A stretch of 41,265 nt of DNA from the NCBI GenBank assembly GCA_013152275.1, contig JAADGS010000046.1:1-41265 (forward strand). The letters run 5' to 3'. The DNA is from Actinomycetota bacterium. Lineage in GTDB: Bacteria; Actinomycetota; Acidimicrobiia; Spongiisociales; UBA4744. Below are positions 29,113 to 40,500 of the stretch, one piece after another. The notes under the pieces are model-generated. The model searched no databases. It was given only the letters and a program-made list of their open reading frames with translations, and was not told the origin of the DNA. The position numbers and the translations under genes were made by a program. Position 1 is the stretch's first letter. Each line of letters begins with the position of its first letter.

Positions 29113-29233
29113 TCCCGACTCCCTTCGATTCCGCACAAGCGTAGATCCGTTCAGCGGAGCATGGCACGTCCTGTTGCAGAAGGGGCCGGATCTGCCTTGC
29201 CTGATATCGTGTGACCGATCAGAAGGAGTCGCC

Positions 29234-30415
29234 ATGGCAGATGAAGGGGCGCTCGTCGACGAGCGCATCGAGAAACTCTTGTCCGGCTTCGGCCCGGACA
29301 CGGATCCCAAGGAGTTCTGGGGGAGGCAGTATGACCTGGGCCTGGCGTGGGTCCACTTCAAGGAGGGATTCGGCGGTCTGGGTGTCAAACCCAAATACCA
29401 ATCTGTCGTGCAGGATCGCCTCGAGGCGGCCGGCGCGCCCGTCGGGAATCGTGAGCTGAATCTCCTCGGCATCGGTATGGGCGCCGGTGTTCTCTCGGCA
29501 CACGGCACGGAGGAGCAGCAGCGCCGCTGGCTGCGCCCCATGTTCACAACCGACGAGATCTGGTGTCAGCTCTTCAGCGAACCGGGTGCCGGTTCAGACC
29601 TCGCGGGCCTGTCGACGAAGGCCTATCGGGACGGGGACGAATGGATCGTCAACGGCGAGAAGATCTGGACAACGCTCGCCCATGTCGCCAAGTGGGGAAT
29701 GCTTCCGGTGCGTACCGATCCGGATGCGCCGAAGCATCGCGGTATCACGTACTTCATTGTCGACATGAAGGCTGAAGGTGTCGATGTGCGCCCGTTGTAT
29801 CAGATCACCGGTGAGGCCGAGTTCAACGAGGTGTTCTTCGGCGACGTTCGGATCCCCGACGATCAGCGCATCGACGCGGTCGGCGCAGGCTGGCGCGTCG
29901 CGATGACGACACTCATGAACGAGCGGGTGGCGATCGGTGGCAAGATCCTCCCCAGGGAATCGGGTGCGATCGGAATCGCCGTCGAGACGTGGCAAGAGTA
30001 CGGACTCGACGATCCGGTATTGCGTGACGAGTTGGCGAGGCTGTGGGCCGAGACGGAGGCGATGCGTCTGACGACGATTCGTGCGGCTGAGATGAGAAAG
30101 GTCGGTGTTCCCGGTCCGGAGGGTTCGACCGGCAAGCTCGCGTGGGCCGATCTCAACAAGGCGATCACCGCGTTCACGCTGGACATGATGGGCTGGGACG
30201 GCACCTTGTTCCCCGGTGGCTACCAGAAGGTTCGACCCACGTCGATCGGAGACCCGAAGGCGCGGCAGAAACAGTTCCTGCGTGCCCGCGCCAATTCGAT
30301 CGAAGGGGGGACGTCGGAGATCCTGCGCAACATCCTCGGAGAGAGGGTGCTCGGCCTTCCGGGCGAGCCGCGAGTCGACAAGGACATACCCTGGAAGGAC
30401 GTTCGCCGTGGCTGA
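29234..30415 (+). CDS. Acyl-CoA dehydrogenase
   Basis: WCQLFSEPGAGSDLA, NGEKIWTT, EFNEVFF, SIEGGTSEI; AGGAG RBS. Confidence 0.93.
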   Translation: MADEGALVDERIEKLLSGFGPDTDPKEFWGRQYDLGLAWVHFKEGFGGLGVKPKYQSVVQDRLEAAGAPVGNRELNLLGIGMGAGVLSAHGTEEQQRRWLRPMFTTDEIWCQLFSEPGAGSDLAGLSTKAYRDGDEWIVNGEKIWTTLAHVAKWGMLPVRTDPDAPKHRGITYFIVDMKAEGVDVRPLYQITGEAEFNEVFFGDVRIPDDQRIDAVGAGWRVAMTTLMNERVAIGGKILPRESGAIGIAVETWQEYGLDDPVLRDELARLWAETEAMRLTTIRAAEMRKVGVPGPEGSTGKLAWADLNKAITAFTLDMMGWDGTLFPGGYQKVRPTSIGDPKARQKQFLRARANSIEGGTSEILRNILGERVLGLPGEPRVDKDIPWKDVRRG

Positions 30416-31529
30416 GATCACCTTCGCACTCACGCAAGAGCAGCAGATGCTCAGGGAGACGACTCGTCGGTTCCTCGAGGACCGTGCGGATTCGATGGTC
30501 GTGCGCGACCTGATGGAGAAGCCAGATGGCTACGACAGCGAACTGTGGAAGGCAGGCGCAGAGCTCGGATGGCATGGCCTTGCCATCCCCGAAGAATATG
30601 GTGGCATCGGATTCGGGTTCACCGAACTGAGCATCGTCGTCGAGGAACTTGGCAGGGCTCTGTTTCCGGGACCGTTCCTTTCGACCGTCGTGATGGCGGC
30701 GAATGCGATCCTGATCGCCGGTTCCGAACAGCAGAAGCAGGAGTTCCTGCCGGACATCGCCGCGGGAGAGCGCATCATGACGATGGCGCTGTTCGATGGA
30801 CCGCACGGTGCCGATCCGAGCGACGTCGCGATGCGGGCGACGGCCACCAAGGAGGGCTGGGTGCTCGACGGGCTCAAGCGATATGTGGCGTACGGGAACG
30901 TCGCCGACACGCTCATCGTCGCCGCCCGGACCGAGAGTGGCGTCAGCCTGTTTCTCGTTCCTGGTGACGCGGCGGGCTTACGTGTGAGCATCGTGCCGAC
31001 ACTCGACGCGACGCGCCGTGAGACCGACGTGTCCTTCGATCAAGTCGTGGCACAAGGCCTTCTCGGAAGGGAAGGCTCGGCAGGGCCGGTGATCGAGCGG
31101 ATTCTGTTGCTCGCCAACGTTGCGCTCGCCGTCGAGCAGGTGGGGGGAGCGCAGTGGTGTCTGGAAACGGCCGTCGAGTATGCGAAGACCCGTTTCCAGT
31201 TCGGTCGGGCGATCGGGTCGTTTCAAGCGATCAAACACAAGTGCGCCGACATGCTGGTGGCGGTGGAGCACGGCAAGTCGGCCGCACACTGGGCGGCACG
31301 CAACGCGGACGATGAAGCCGAAACGAGGATCGCGTCGCCGATGGCGAAAGCGGTCTGCTCGGATGCCTATGTCGGTGCGGCGGGAGAGACCATCCAGATC
31401 CTCGGTGGAACGGGCTTCACGTGGGAGCACGATGTTCACTTGTACCTGAAGAGGGCCAAATCAACGTCGCTCATGTTCGGTGGGGTTCGCCACCAGCGCC
31501 GCCTGTTGGCCAAAGCGCTCGGCTTCTGA
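30408..31529 (+). CDS. Acyl-CoA dehydrogenase (partner-subunit type)
   Basis: RFQFGRAIGSFQAIKH, QILGGTGFTWEHD; overlaps the upstream ACAD. Confidence 0.92.
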   Translation: MAEITFALTQEQQMLRETTRRFLEDRADSMVVRDLMEKPDGYDSELWKAGAELGWHGLAIPEEYGGIGFGFTELSIVVEELGRALFPGPFLSTVVMAANAILIAGSEQQKQEFLPDIAAGERIMTMALFDGPHGADPSDVAMRATATKEGWVLDGLKRYVAYGNVADTLIVAARTESGVSLFLVPGDAAGLRVSIVPTLDATRRETDVSFDQVVAQGLLGREGSAGPVIERILLLANVALAVEQVGGAQWCLETAVEYAKTRFQFGRAIGSFQAIKHKCADMLVAVEHGKSAAHWAARNADDEAETRIASPMAKAVCSDAYVGAAGETIQILGGTGFTWEHDVHLYLKRAKSTSLMFGGVRHQRRLLAKALGF

Positions 31530-31553
31530 GGCGGCTTCGAAAGGGCACCCGTC

Positions 31554-33263
31554 TCAGCCTGGTTGTTTGTGTGCGCGCTTGAATGCCTTGACGCCGGCGG
31601 TGATGGATCCGTAGATGTGGTCCTCACCGATCGCGTCGAGCACGCCGCTCGCCCGCATCACGTCCTTGACGGGATCACGAACACGAGCGAAACACAGTGA
31701 GATCTGACGGCGCTTCAGCTCGTCGTGGAGCTCGAGGAGACGTTCGGCGGCGGTGGAGTCCAGGCCGTTGATGCCTTCGGCGTCGACGAGCACCGTGTCG
31801 ATGTCACCTTCGGAGGCCAGACGCTCGACCTCCTCCACGAAGAAGGAGGCATTCGTGAAGATCAACGGGGCCTCGAAGCGGAACACGACCAACCCCGGGA
31901 CCGTCGTTCCCTCGGGGTGCAGCGAGAGGTCCTGAAAGACGTGACCGGCGGTCTTGCCCAGGGTGACCGCTCGGGGACGGCTCGCGCTGCGGATCAGGAG
32001 CAGCAGGTCGAGGGCGATTCCTGCCCCGATTCCGGGCAGCACACCCAATGAGAGGACTCCGAACATGGCAACGAAGGCGAGGAGGAATTCCGAGTGGCTG
32101 ATGCGCCAGAGCTTGCGGAAGTAGGCGGGATCCGCAAGGGCGACCATCGCCTCGATCACGACCGCGGCAAGCGCGGCGTCGGGTAGATGCTCGAAGACCG
32201 GCATGAGATACAGCAGTGTCAGGACGACCAGGCCCGCCGTGAGGACAAACCCGAGTTGTGTCTTGGCCTTCGCTGCCAGCACCACCGAAGTCTTGGAGAA
32301 GCTTCCCACGGCAACGAAGCCGCCGCTGAGGCCTGCTCCGAGATTGGCGGGTCCCAGGGCGAGGAGTTCCTGGTTGGGATCGATGGTTTCTCCGGTCTCG
32401 GCAGCGGCGGCCTTGGCCGATCCGAGCGTCTCCGCGTAGCCGAGGAGAACGATCGCCAGTGCTCCGGAGAAAAGCGTCTTGTACACGTGGAGGCCGCCGA
32501 CGGATGGCAGGCTCAGTCTGGGCAGGCCCGCGGCGATGGTTCCGACGACCGCGACCCCACGACCTTGCAGGTCGAGCAGGGTCACGGCCATGATCGCCAC
32601 GACAATCGTCGCCAAGGCTGCCGGGACCCGCGGAGCGTGCTTCCTGATCCAGAAGAGCAGGAGGAGACAGCCCACGCCAACGGTGACGGTGGCCAAGTTG
32701 ACGTTGTACAGGGCACCGAGGATGTCCCAGAGCTGCTGAAAGAAGTCACCCCTCGTCGGGGTGAGTCCGATCAGCGTCGGGACCTGGCCGATGATGGTGA
32801 CCAGCACGACGCCGGCGATAAAGCCTTGCATGACAGGCCGGGAGATGAAGTCTGTGACCCATCCGAGGCGAAGCAGCCCGAACACCAAGAAGAGGATCCC
32901 GACCAGGATGGCGAGCGCCGCCGTGAGGGCCACGTAGTCGGCGCTGCCGCTTGCAGCCAGAGATCCGATCGTCGCGGCCGACAACAGCGCGGTCGCCGAG
33001 TCGGGGCCGACCACCATGATGCGAGAACTCCCGAAAACCGCGTACGCGAGCAATGGCAGAGGGACGGTGTAGAGACCGATGACGGGGTCGACCCCGGCGA
33101 TCCCGGCATAGGCCATGGCCTCCGGTACGAGCACCGCCCACAGCGTGAGTCCGGCGAACAGGTCCGGCCGCAACCACGAGCGCCGGTAGTGAGGTAACCA
33201 CGCCATGATCGGCAGGTAACGCTGAAGGGCGCTCGTCTTCCGCTCGTTGTTCCGTTCGCGCAT
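31554..33263 (-). CDS. SulP family anion permease with STAS domain
   Basis: DLFAGLT..VPEAMAYA, NQELLALG, C-terminal STAS (FEAPLIFTN, LDSTA). Confidence 0.93.
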   Translation of the reverse strand: MRERNNERKTSALQRYLPIMAWLPHYRRSWLRPDLFAGLTLWAVLVPEAMAYAGIAGVDPVIGLYTVPLPLLAYAVFGSSRIMVVGPDSATALLSAATIGSLAASGSADYVALTAALAILVGILFLVFGLLRLGWVTDFISRPVMQGFIAGVVLVTIIGQVPTLIGLTPTRGDFFQQLWDILGALYNVNLATVTVGVGCLLLLFWIRKHAPRVPAALATIVVAIMAVTLLDLQGRGVAVVGTIAAGLPRLSLPSVGGLHVYKTLFSGALAIVLLGYAETLGSAKAAAAETGETIDPNQELLALGPANLGAGLSGGFVAVGSFSKTSVVLAAKAKTQLGFVLTAGLVVLTLLYLMPVFEHLPDAALAAVVIEAMVALADPAYFRKLWRISHSEFLLAFVAMFGVLSLGVLPGIGAGIALDLLLLIRSASRPRAVTLGKTAGHVFQDLSLHPEGTTVPGLVVFRFEAPLIFTNASFFVEEVERLASEGDIDTVLVDAEGINGLDSTAAERLLELHDELKRRQISLCFARVRDPVKDVMRASGVLDAIGEDHIYGSITAGVKAFKRAHKQPG

Positions 33264-33510
33264 GCTCGGAGACTAGGAGACCACCGAGTGACGCATGGCA
33301 AGCATCTCGACGACGGTGCATCGTTCATCGACACAGATCGATCCGGCATTCTCTCGGATCGGGTCGCGCCGTTCTGATGTCCGCTCGCCACGTTCTCGGC
33401 TCAACCGAACAGGCTCGAGCCGCCATCCCGCCTGCGGTCTTGCAGCAATGCTGCGTCACGCCGTGATCCCTGCCCGACAGGAGTGGCCTTGCGGGGAGTC
33501 AGGGGGGTCC

Positions 33511-33750
33511 ATGGGACAGTTTTTTGTTCTTGTGATTGGTGTCGTGTCGGCCGATCGTGTCGATGACATCATCCGTTCCTCGCATCTGCGATCTTTCGTG
33601 GTCCAGGTCACGGTCGTTGCCGGGGTGCTCTTCCTGGCCGGGCTCGTGGTGTGGTGGGCCGTGCACGACCGGTCATCCCGGGCGAAACCTCACGAAGAGC
33701 CCACAAGACCTTCCCGGGCGGACCAGGACACCTGGTGGTCCGGCGGATAG
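33511..33750 (+). CDS. Possible small membrane protein
   Basis: 79-aa ORF with one strong hydrophobic segment (FVVQVTVVAGVLFLAGLVVWWAV) and a G-rich RBS; no recognised family. Confidence 0.4.
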   Translation: MGQFFVLVIGVVSADRVDDIIRSSHLRSFVVQVTVVAGVLFLAGLVVWWAVHDRSSRAKPHEEPTRPSRADQDTWWSGG

Positions 33751-33819
33751 ACGGCTCCGATCCCGGTTCGCCGAGTGGGCGCGGCCCGATCAGGTATGTG
33801 CGGGTGTCGAGAAGACGTG

Positions 33820-34878
33820 TTACTCGAGTTCCGGTCGATTGGCCGATTCGAGACGTTCTACAAGGCGACCGACGTCCTGGGCGTTCTCGCGTGAGCACAC
33901 GAGGATCGCGTCAGGAGTCTCGATGACGACAACATCGTCGAGACCGGCGATCGCGACGAGACGGCTTTCCGCTCGCACGTACGATCCTGAAGTGTCCAGA
34001 GCAAAGACATCGCCGGCCAGGATGTTGTCATTCTCGTCCCGCTCGCCGATATCCCAGAGGGCCGCCCACGAGCCGATGTCGCTCCAACCCGCGTCGAGAG
34101 GCACGACGACGGCGTCTGCCGTCTGCTCCATCACGGCGTAGTCGATCGAGTCGCCTTCGATTGCCGCAAATGACTCGAGGTCGATGCGAATCGTTCCATT
34201 GCTGCGAGCGCTGCGTGACGAAGCCGAGCGTACGGCGGCGAGCATCTCGGGACGGTGTCTGTCGAGCTCCGCGAGGAATCGGGAAGCCCGGAACACGAAC
34301 ATGCCGCTGTTCCACAGGTAGCGGCCCGACGCGATGTAGTTGGCAGCGATTGCGGCGTTTGGCTTCTCGACGAATCTGGCCACCCGGTACGCGTCTGCGA
34401 TCGAGCCTCCCTGCTCGATGTAGCCGTATCCGGTCTCAGGTGCGGTCGGTACGATCCCAAACGTGACGAGTCTGCCGGCGTCGGCATGGGGGATCGCTCG
34501 GGCCATCGCATCGAGGTAGGCATCGAGATCCTTGATCACGTGATCGGCCGGCATGACCAGCAGGATCGGATCGGTGCCGTCGGCGGTGGAGTAGAGAGCG
34601 GCAAGGGCCGTGGCCGGCGCCGTGTTACGTCCGACAGGTTCGATGATCAGTGTGGCTCCGGGTGCCTGTTCGCGAACGGTGGCTGCCTGGGCGGCGTTTG
34701 TCACGATGATCGGGGCGCCGGCGGCTTCGATCATGTTGGCGCGCTCGACGGTCTCCTGCAACATCGTCCGAGGGCTGACGAGGGCGGTGAACTGCTTGGG
34801 GCTGGTTCGTCGTGAAAGCGGCCAGAGCCGTGTTCCGGAACCGCCGGCCAGTATCACGGGGATGATCGGTCTGGTCAT
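33820..34878 (-). CDS. manC: Mannose-1-phosphate guanylyltransferase (no C-terminal PMI cupin)
   Basis: LAGGSGTRLWPLSR, EPVGRNTAPA, FVEKP, WNSGMF, SIDYAVME, WSDIGSW. Confidence 0.92.
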   Translation of the reverse strand: MTRPIIPVILAGGSGTRLWPLSRRTSPKQFTALVSPRTMLQETVERANMIEAAGAPIIVTNAAQAATVREQAPGATLIIEPVGRNTAPATALAALYSTADGTDPILLVMPADHVIKDLDAYLDAMARAIPHADAGRLVTFGIVPTAPETGYGYIEQGGSIADAYRVARFVEKPNAAIAANYIASGRYLWNSGMFVFRASRFLAELDRHRPEMLAAVRSASSRSARSNGTIRIDLESFAAIEGDSIDYAVMEQTADAVVVPLDAGWSDIGSWAALWDIGERDENDNILAGDVFALDTSGSYVRAESRLVAIAGLDDVVVIETPDAILVCSRENAQDVGRLVERLESANRPELE

Positions 34879-35522
34879 CGTGCCACCTCGGCGTCGGTGA
34901 CGCCTTCCTGGGTTGCGAGCAACTCTACGAGTGTCTGGGCACGCTGGACGTCGACGTCCATGCGCATCGTGCCGCCCGTGTCCCCGTGCCGCCGAAAGCT
35001 GACATCTTCGGCAGAGGGGTCGATCTTAGTTGCGATCTTCCAAACCTTCGAGAAACTCGCTGCATCATCGAGAATCACCTCGACCGTGACGAGGTTCGTC
35101 CCAAGGCGCCGTCGCAGCCGGGCGTCGATGATCCGTAGGCCGAAGAGGACCAGGAGCACGACGGCGGTGGCGACGGTGGCCAGCAGCAGACTACCGACGC
35201 CGGCGGCCATCCCGATCGCCGCCACGGTCCACAGTCCTGCTGCCGTTGTGAGACCTCGAACGGTTGCGCCTTCCTTGAAGATCGCTCCTGCACCCAGAAA
35301 ACCGATACCGGTCACGATCTGTGCGGCGATACGAGCGGGATCGGCGGTCGGGCCGAAGGCAGTGAGCGAAAGGAGCGTGAACAGAGCCGATCCGATGCCG
35401 ACGAGCATGTGGGTACGAAATCCGGCCGCTTGGAGGCGGACTTCTCGCTCCAATCCGATGGCGCCCGAGAGTAACGCTGCGACCAGGAGCCGACCGGCAT
35501 CACCGAAAACGACGAGATCCAT
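34875..35522 (-). CDS. MgtC/SapB family membrane protein
   Basis: IGLERE..AGFRTH, RIAAQIVTGIGFLGAG, GLTTAA. Confidence 0.92.
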   Translation of the reverse strand: MDLVVFGDAGRLLVAALLSGAIGLEREVRLQAAGFRTHMLVGIGSALFTLLSLTAFGPTADPARIAAQIVTGIGFLGAGAIFKEGATVRGLTTAAGLWTVAAIGMAAGVGSLLLATVATAVVLLVLFGLRIIDARLRRRLGTNLVTVEVILDDAASFSKVWKIATKIDPSAEDVSFRRHGDTGGTMRMDVDVQRAQTLVELLATQEGVTDAEVAR

Positions 35523-35523
35523 G

Positions 35524-36327
35524 TCACTCTCCCTTGAAGTTGGGTGTACGGCGTTCCATGAGAGCGGTGAGGCCTTCTACGAAGTCGTCGGAGTTGAGGA
35601 ACGCCGCGTTCCAGAGGGCCACGTAGTCCAGTGCTTCCTCGATCGGCCGGCTCGCGCCGGCGCGCAGAACATGCTTGATGCCACGGATCGTGAGTGGGGA
35701 ATTGGCGGCGATCGACCCGGCGAGATCCTGTGCGGCCGTGAAGAGGGCATCGCTGTCCGCGTAGACATGGTTGACGAGACCGATGCGTTCGGCCTCGGCT
35801 GCCGTGACGTCCCGTCCGGTGTAGATGAGTTCGGCGGCATACCCGGCAGGGATGATCTTGGGGAGGCGTTGCATCGTGCCGACGTCCGCGATCATGCCGA
35901 GCCGGGTCTCACGTACCGAGAACAGGGCGTCTGCGGCGGCGAGGCGAATATCGGTGGCGGTGATGAGATCCACCCCCGCACCGATGCATGCACCGTGAAT
36001 CGCGGCGATGACGGGCAGGGGACTGTCTGCGAATGCGGTGAACGATCTCTGAAGGCGTTTGATCTCGTGGTAGAGGTCGTGGCGACGTTTGACGTCGGTG
36101 CCGGGTGGGAACGAGGCCAGAGCGGTGATGTCGATCCCGGCGGTGAATGCGCGGCCCCGACCTGCGATGACGATCGCCCGGGTCTCTCCGTCGTCTCCGA
36201 CGGCCTGGACGGCCTTGGGGATGTCGGTCCACATCGGCAGGTTCAGAGCGTTCAGCTTCTCTGGCCGGTTCAGCCAGATCGTTGCAACATGCTCTTTGCG
36301 CTCGATCTCGATAACGTCAGAATCCAC
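35524..36327 (-). CDS. Enoyl-CoA hydratase/isomerase (dienoyl-CoA isomerase-like crotonase)
   Basis: LNRPEKLNAL, FTAGID, CIGAGVDL, ADVGTMQRLP. Confidence 0.92.
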   Translation of the reverse strand: MDSDVIEIERKEHVATIWLNRPEKLNALNLPMWTDIPKAVQAVGDDGETRAIVIAGRGRAFTAGIDITALASFPPGTDVKRRHDLYHEIKRLQRSFTAFADSPLPVIAAIHGACIGAGVDLITATDIRLAAADALFSVRETRLGMIADVGTMQRLPKIIPAGYAAELIYTGRDVTAAEAERIGLVNHVYADSDALFTAAQDLAGSIAANSPLTIRGIKHVLRAGASRPIEEALDYVALWNAAFLNSDDFVEGLTALMERRTPNFKGE

Positions 36328-36360
36328 AGCAGCAGATTAGGCGAGAGACAGGAGCCGATG

Positions 36361-37302
36361 ATGCGATACCGGCAGTTGGGCAAGTGGGGGTTGAAGGTCT
36401 CGGAGATCTCGCTGGGCGCGTGGACGACCTACGGCGATTCCGTGAAGGACAAACAGTTGATCACCGAGATCACCAGGACCGCGTACGAGGGCGGTGTGAA
36501 CTTCTTCGACAACGCCGACGTGTACGCACAGGGACAGGCCGAACGGGTGATGGGCGAGGTGCTGGCTGATTTTCCGCGACATACGCTGGTGATGTCATCG
36601 AAGGTGTACTGGTCGATGTCCGAGGACGTGAACGATCGGGGTCTATCCCGCAAGCATGTGAGGGAGTCGATCGTGAAGAGCCTGGGACGGCTTCGCACCG
36701 ACTATCTGGATTTGTACTTCGCTCACCGCCACGACGATGCAGTGTCCATGGAGGAGATCGTTACCACGTTCAGCGGACTCGTCGACGAAGGCAAGGTGCT
36801 GTATTGGGGTACGTCGGAGTGGCCGGCGGCCAGGATCGCCGAGGCGGTCGCGTTCGCTCGCGGGAACGGTTTGCACCCGCCGGCGTGCGAGCAGCCGCAG
36901 TACTCGATGCTGTATCGGGAGCGGGTAGAGAGCGGGATCCTGCCCGAAGTGGAAGCGGCCGGGATGGGCATGGTCGTCTGGAGTCCGTTGGCCGGTGGGA
37001 TGCTGACCGGCAAGTACGACGACGGTTTCCCCGAGGGGTCGCGGTATGCACGGGATGAAGAGTTGAAGGACTGGATGTACACCGAAGAGCGGCGCGAGAA
37101 GGCCAAGGCACTGAAACCGATCGCCGAGGAGATGGGATTGACCCGGTCCCAGCTTGCGCTGGCCTGGGTGCTGCGCCGGCCGTCGCTGACAAGCGCGATC
37201 ACCGGCGCGACGAAGGTGTCGCAGATCGAGGAGAGCCTGGGCGCGAGTGGGGTCGAGATTCCGGCGGAGGTGCTGGAGAAGATCGACACAATCCTGTCCT
37301 GA
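36361..37302 (+). CDS. Aldo/keto reductase (Kv-beta-like family)
   Basis: MRYRQLGKWGLKVSEISLG, FDNADVY, WGTSEW, WSPLAGG. Confidence 0.93.
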   Translation: MRYRQLGKWGLKVSEISLGAWTTYGDSVKDKQLITEITRTAYEGGVNFFDNADVYAQGQAERVMGEVLADFPRHTLVMSSKVYWSMSEDVNDRGLSRKHVRESIVKSLGRLRTDYLDLYFAHRHDDAVSMEEIVTTFSGLVDEGKVLYWGTSEWPAARIAEAVAFARGNGLHPPACEQPQYSMLYRERVESGILPEVEAAGMGMVVWSPLAGGMLTGKYDDGFPEGSRYARDEELKDWMYTEERREKAKALKPIAEEMGLTRSQLALAWVLRRPSLTSAITGATKVSQIEESLGASGVEIPAEVLEKIDTILS

Positions 37303-37303
37303 A

Positions 37304-37354
37304 GTTTCCTGTCAATGCCGGCGTCGAATAGCGACGCCGGCATTGACGAGAAAC
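37304..37354. repeat. 51-bp palindromic element copy A (perfect 16-bp stem)
   Basis: GTTTCCT-GTCAATGCCGGCGTCG-AATAG-CGACGCCGGCATTGAC-GAGAAAC right after the AKR stop. Confidence 0.85.
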
Positions 37355-37570
37355 CGTTCTGGTGACGGCCAGGGGGCTCGGCGGCGGTGTATGCCCACGC
37401 AGCGTGGTCGACCGTCGGCTAAGCTCGACGGTGGAGCGATTCGCCGAAGGGGCCCGTGCTGACTGCAGTGTGGAGACGCGACTCGGGAGGATGTCGACGT
37501 TCAGTCGGTATCCCACTTTCGTCATGTTCTTGACCGTGTCGGCGCGCGCCCTCTGAGACAGGAGGGCACT

Positions 37571-40500
37571 GTGAAACGCAAGAGATGGACCGTACTGGCG
37601 ATCTTCGCGATGGTGGTGGCACTGTTGCCTCTCAGCGCAGCGCCGGCGGCAGGGACGGCAGGGACGTCGGTATTCATCAATGAGATCCACTATGACAACA
37701 CCGGCGGTGACACAGGTGAGGCAGTGGAGGTCGCCGGACCGGCCGGCACCGACCTCACGGGGTGGAGCATCGTGCTCTACAACGGAAGCGGCGGTGCCAA
37801 CTACGGTACGATCGATCTCTCGGGAACCATTCCGGATCAAATGGCGGGTTATGGCACCCTTTCGTTCCCACAAGCGAGCATCCAGAATGGCGCTCCCGAC
37901 GGCCTGGCACTCGTCGACAACAGCAGCACGGTGGTCCAGTTCCTGAGCTATGAGGGGACGTTCACCGCGACCACCGGTCCGGCAGATGGCATGACCAGTA
38001 CCGACATCGGCGTCTCCGAAAGCTCCTCGACGCCGGTCGGTGACTCGCTCCAACTCGTCGGCACCGGTTCGATCTACGAGGACTTCACCTGGACGGGACC
38101 GACACCCGCGACCTTCGGGGCCGTCAACACGGGGCAGACTCTTACCGCGGTGCCCGCTCCGGACGTCACGAACACGATCTACGAGATTCAGTACACGACC
38201 GGTGATGCCTCGCCGCTGGCCGGGCAGACGGTGGTGACCGAGGGTGTCGTCACCGCCGTGTTTGGCAGGAAGGTCTTCATCCAGGACGGAACGGGGCCGT
38301 TCAGTGGACTGTATCTGTACAACCCGAGCCCGATCCCTGCCGTCGGCAACGTCGTTCGAGTCCAAGGCCAGGTCAAGGAGTACCACGGCAAGACGGAGAT
38401 CGACGGTGGTGCACTGTGGAACATTGGTCCCGGGACGTTTCCGGCGCCCGAAGTGCTGGCCACCGGGGATATCGCCCGAGAGCAGTGGGAGTCCGTCTTC
38501 GTCCGTGCCGAGAATGCGACGGTCGTCGATCCCGATCTGGGACACGGCGAATGGTCGGTCGACGATGACAGCGGGCCGGTGCGAGTCGACGATCTCGGCT
38601 CATACGGCTACGTACCGTATGCCGGCGATCCGGTGACGTTCGTGCAAGGACCCCTCGACTATGCCTATGGCAACTTCAAGATCGAGCCACGTGACGACGG
38701 GGACCTCTTCGTCGATCTGCGTGCCTGCGGCCTCCGGTACACACCGATCTACGACATCCAGGGCAGCGGCGATGCCAGCCCGATCGAGGGTTCCATGATC
38801 TGGACCGAAGGTGTCGTGACCGCCGACTTTCAGGAATCGAGTGAGCTGAAAGGCTTCTTCCTGCAGGACGCCGCCGGTGACGGTGACGTCGCGACATCCG
38901 ATGGCATCTTCGTGTACCAGAAGGCGATGTGGGGCGACGTGGAGGTCGGCCAGCATCTGCGTTTCCAGGCGAAGGTGGCCGAGTACTACGGACTGACGGA
39001 GCTGAAGTATGTGTCCGACCTGACCGTGTGCGGCAGCGGGTCGGTTACACCGACCGCCGTCGATCTGCCGGTGGCAGAGGATGATCGCGAGCCGTACGAG
39101 GGCATGCTGCTGACATTCCCGGAATCCCTCGCGGTGGCCGACAGCTACAACCTGACGAAGTATGGCGAGGTCATCCTGTCGGCCGATGGGCGGCTGTTCG
39201 CTCCGACCAATCAGTTCGCTCCGAGCTTCGACTGGTACGACTCGAACGACAGTGACGGTGTCGCGGAGATCCTCGAACCGCGTCTCCTCGTCCTCGACGA
39301 CGCCAGCAACCACCAGTATCCGGATCCGGTTCCCTACATTCAGCCGTACGGAACCCTTCGCTGGGGTGACACGACGACCGATCTCACCGGGGTGCTCACC
39401 TACGCCTACGGTGCGTACAAGTTGGAGCCGACCGAGGCGGTCGTCTTCTCCGAGGACAACCCGAGGCCCGGCACACCTCCCGGCGTGGGCGGTGTGATCA
39501 AGGTCGGATCGTTCAACCTACACAACTGGTGGACGACGCTCGGAGGCCGTGGTGCCCGAAGTGAGAGCCAGTTGGAGAAGCAGGGAGCCAAACTCGTTGC
39601 TGCTATCACGGGCCTTGGAGCCGATGTCATCGGCGTTCAGGAACTCGAGAACAATGGAGACACGGCGGTTTCCGCTCTCGTCGATCTGCTGAACGCAGAA
39701 GAGGGCGCCGGGACGTGGGACTACATCCGGGATCCCGACTACCCGGGTGGCATCGAAGCCACGAACGCCATCAAGGTGGGGATCATCTACAAGCCCGCGG
39801 TGGTCAGCCCCGTCGGTGACGCGCAGTGGAGCCTCGACGCCTCGTTCGCGGAAGCGCGGCCTCCTCTGGCACAGACCTTCGAGTTCTATGGGGACGAGTT
39901 CACGCTGGTCGTGAATCACTTCAAGTCGAAGGGTTACTACGGGGATACGCTCGCCGAGGGCGATGAGGACATTGGCGACGGCCAGGGCTACTACAACGCC
40001 ACGAGGGTCAGCCAAGCCCGTGCGGTCGTGGAGTTCGTATCTGCATTGGAAGATGCCGGCAAGCCGAACGTTCTCGCGGTCGGCGATTTGAACGTCTATG
40101 CGAAAGAGGATCCGGTTGTCGTGCTCGAGGCAGACCTGGAGAATCTTCTGGCAGGACTTCCGATCAACGACAAATACTCGTACACGTACTATGGGCAGGC
40201 CGGCGAGCTCGACTACGCCTTCGCCAACGACGCGATGCAGGAGTATGTGCGCGGTGCGGGGATCTGGCACATCGATGCGGCAGAACCGGTCGGGTTCAAC
40301 TACTACGGAGCGAGCTCGCTCTACGCTGCGGATCCGTTCCGGGCGTCCGACCACGATCCGGTGATCGTCGGCGTCTGTGAGCTGATACCGCCGGAGATCT
40401 ACCTGAGCGCCGATCCGGACGTGCTCTTCCCACCGAATCACAGGTACGTCGAGGTGAACGTCGACGTGACCGTCGTCGACAACTACCCCCAGGATGTCGA

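Noticed and set aside
34897..36357. 801-aa ORF as a large AKR fusion
   Set aside because: The N-terminal part is the antisense shadow of the MgtC and crotonase genes; the AKR begins at 36358/36361 after an AGGAG RBS.
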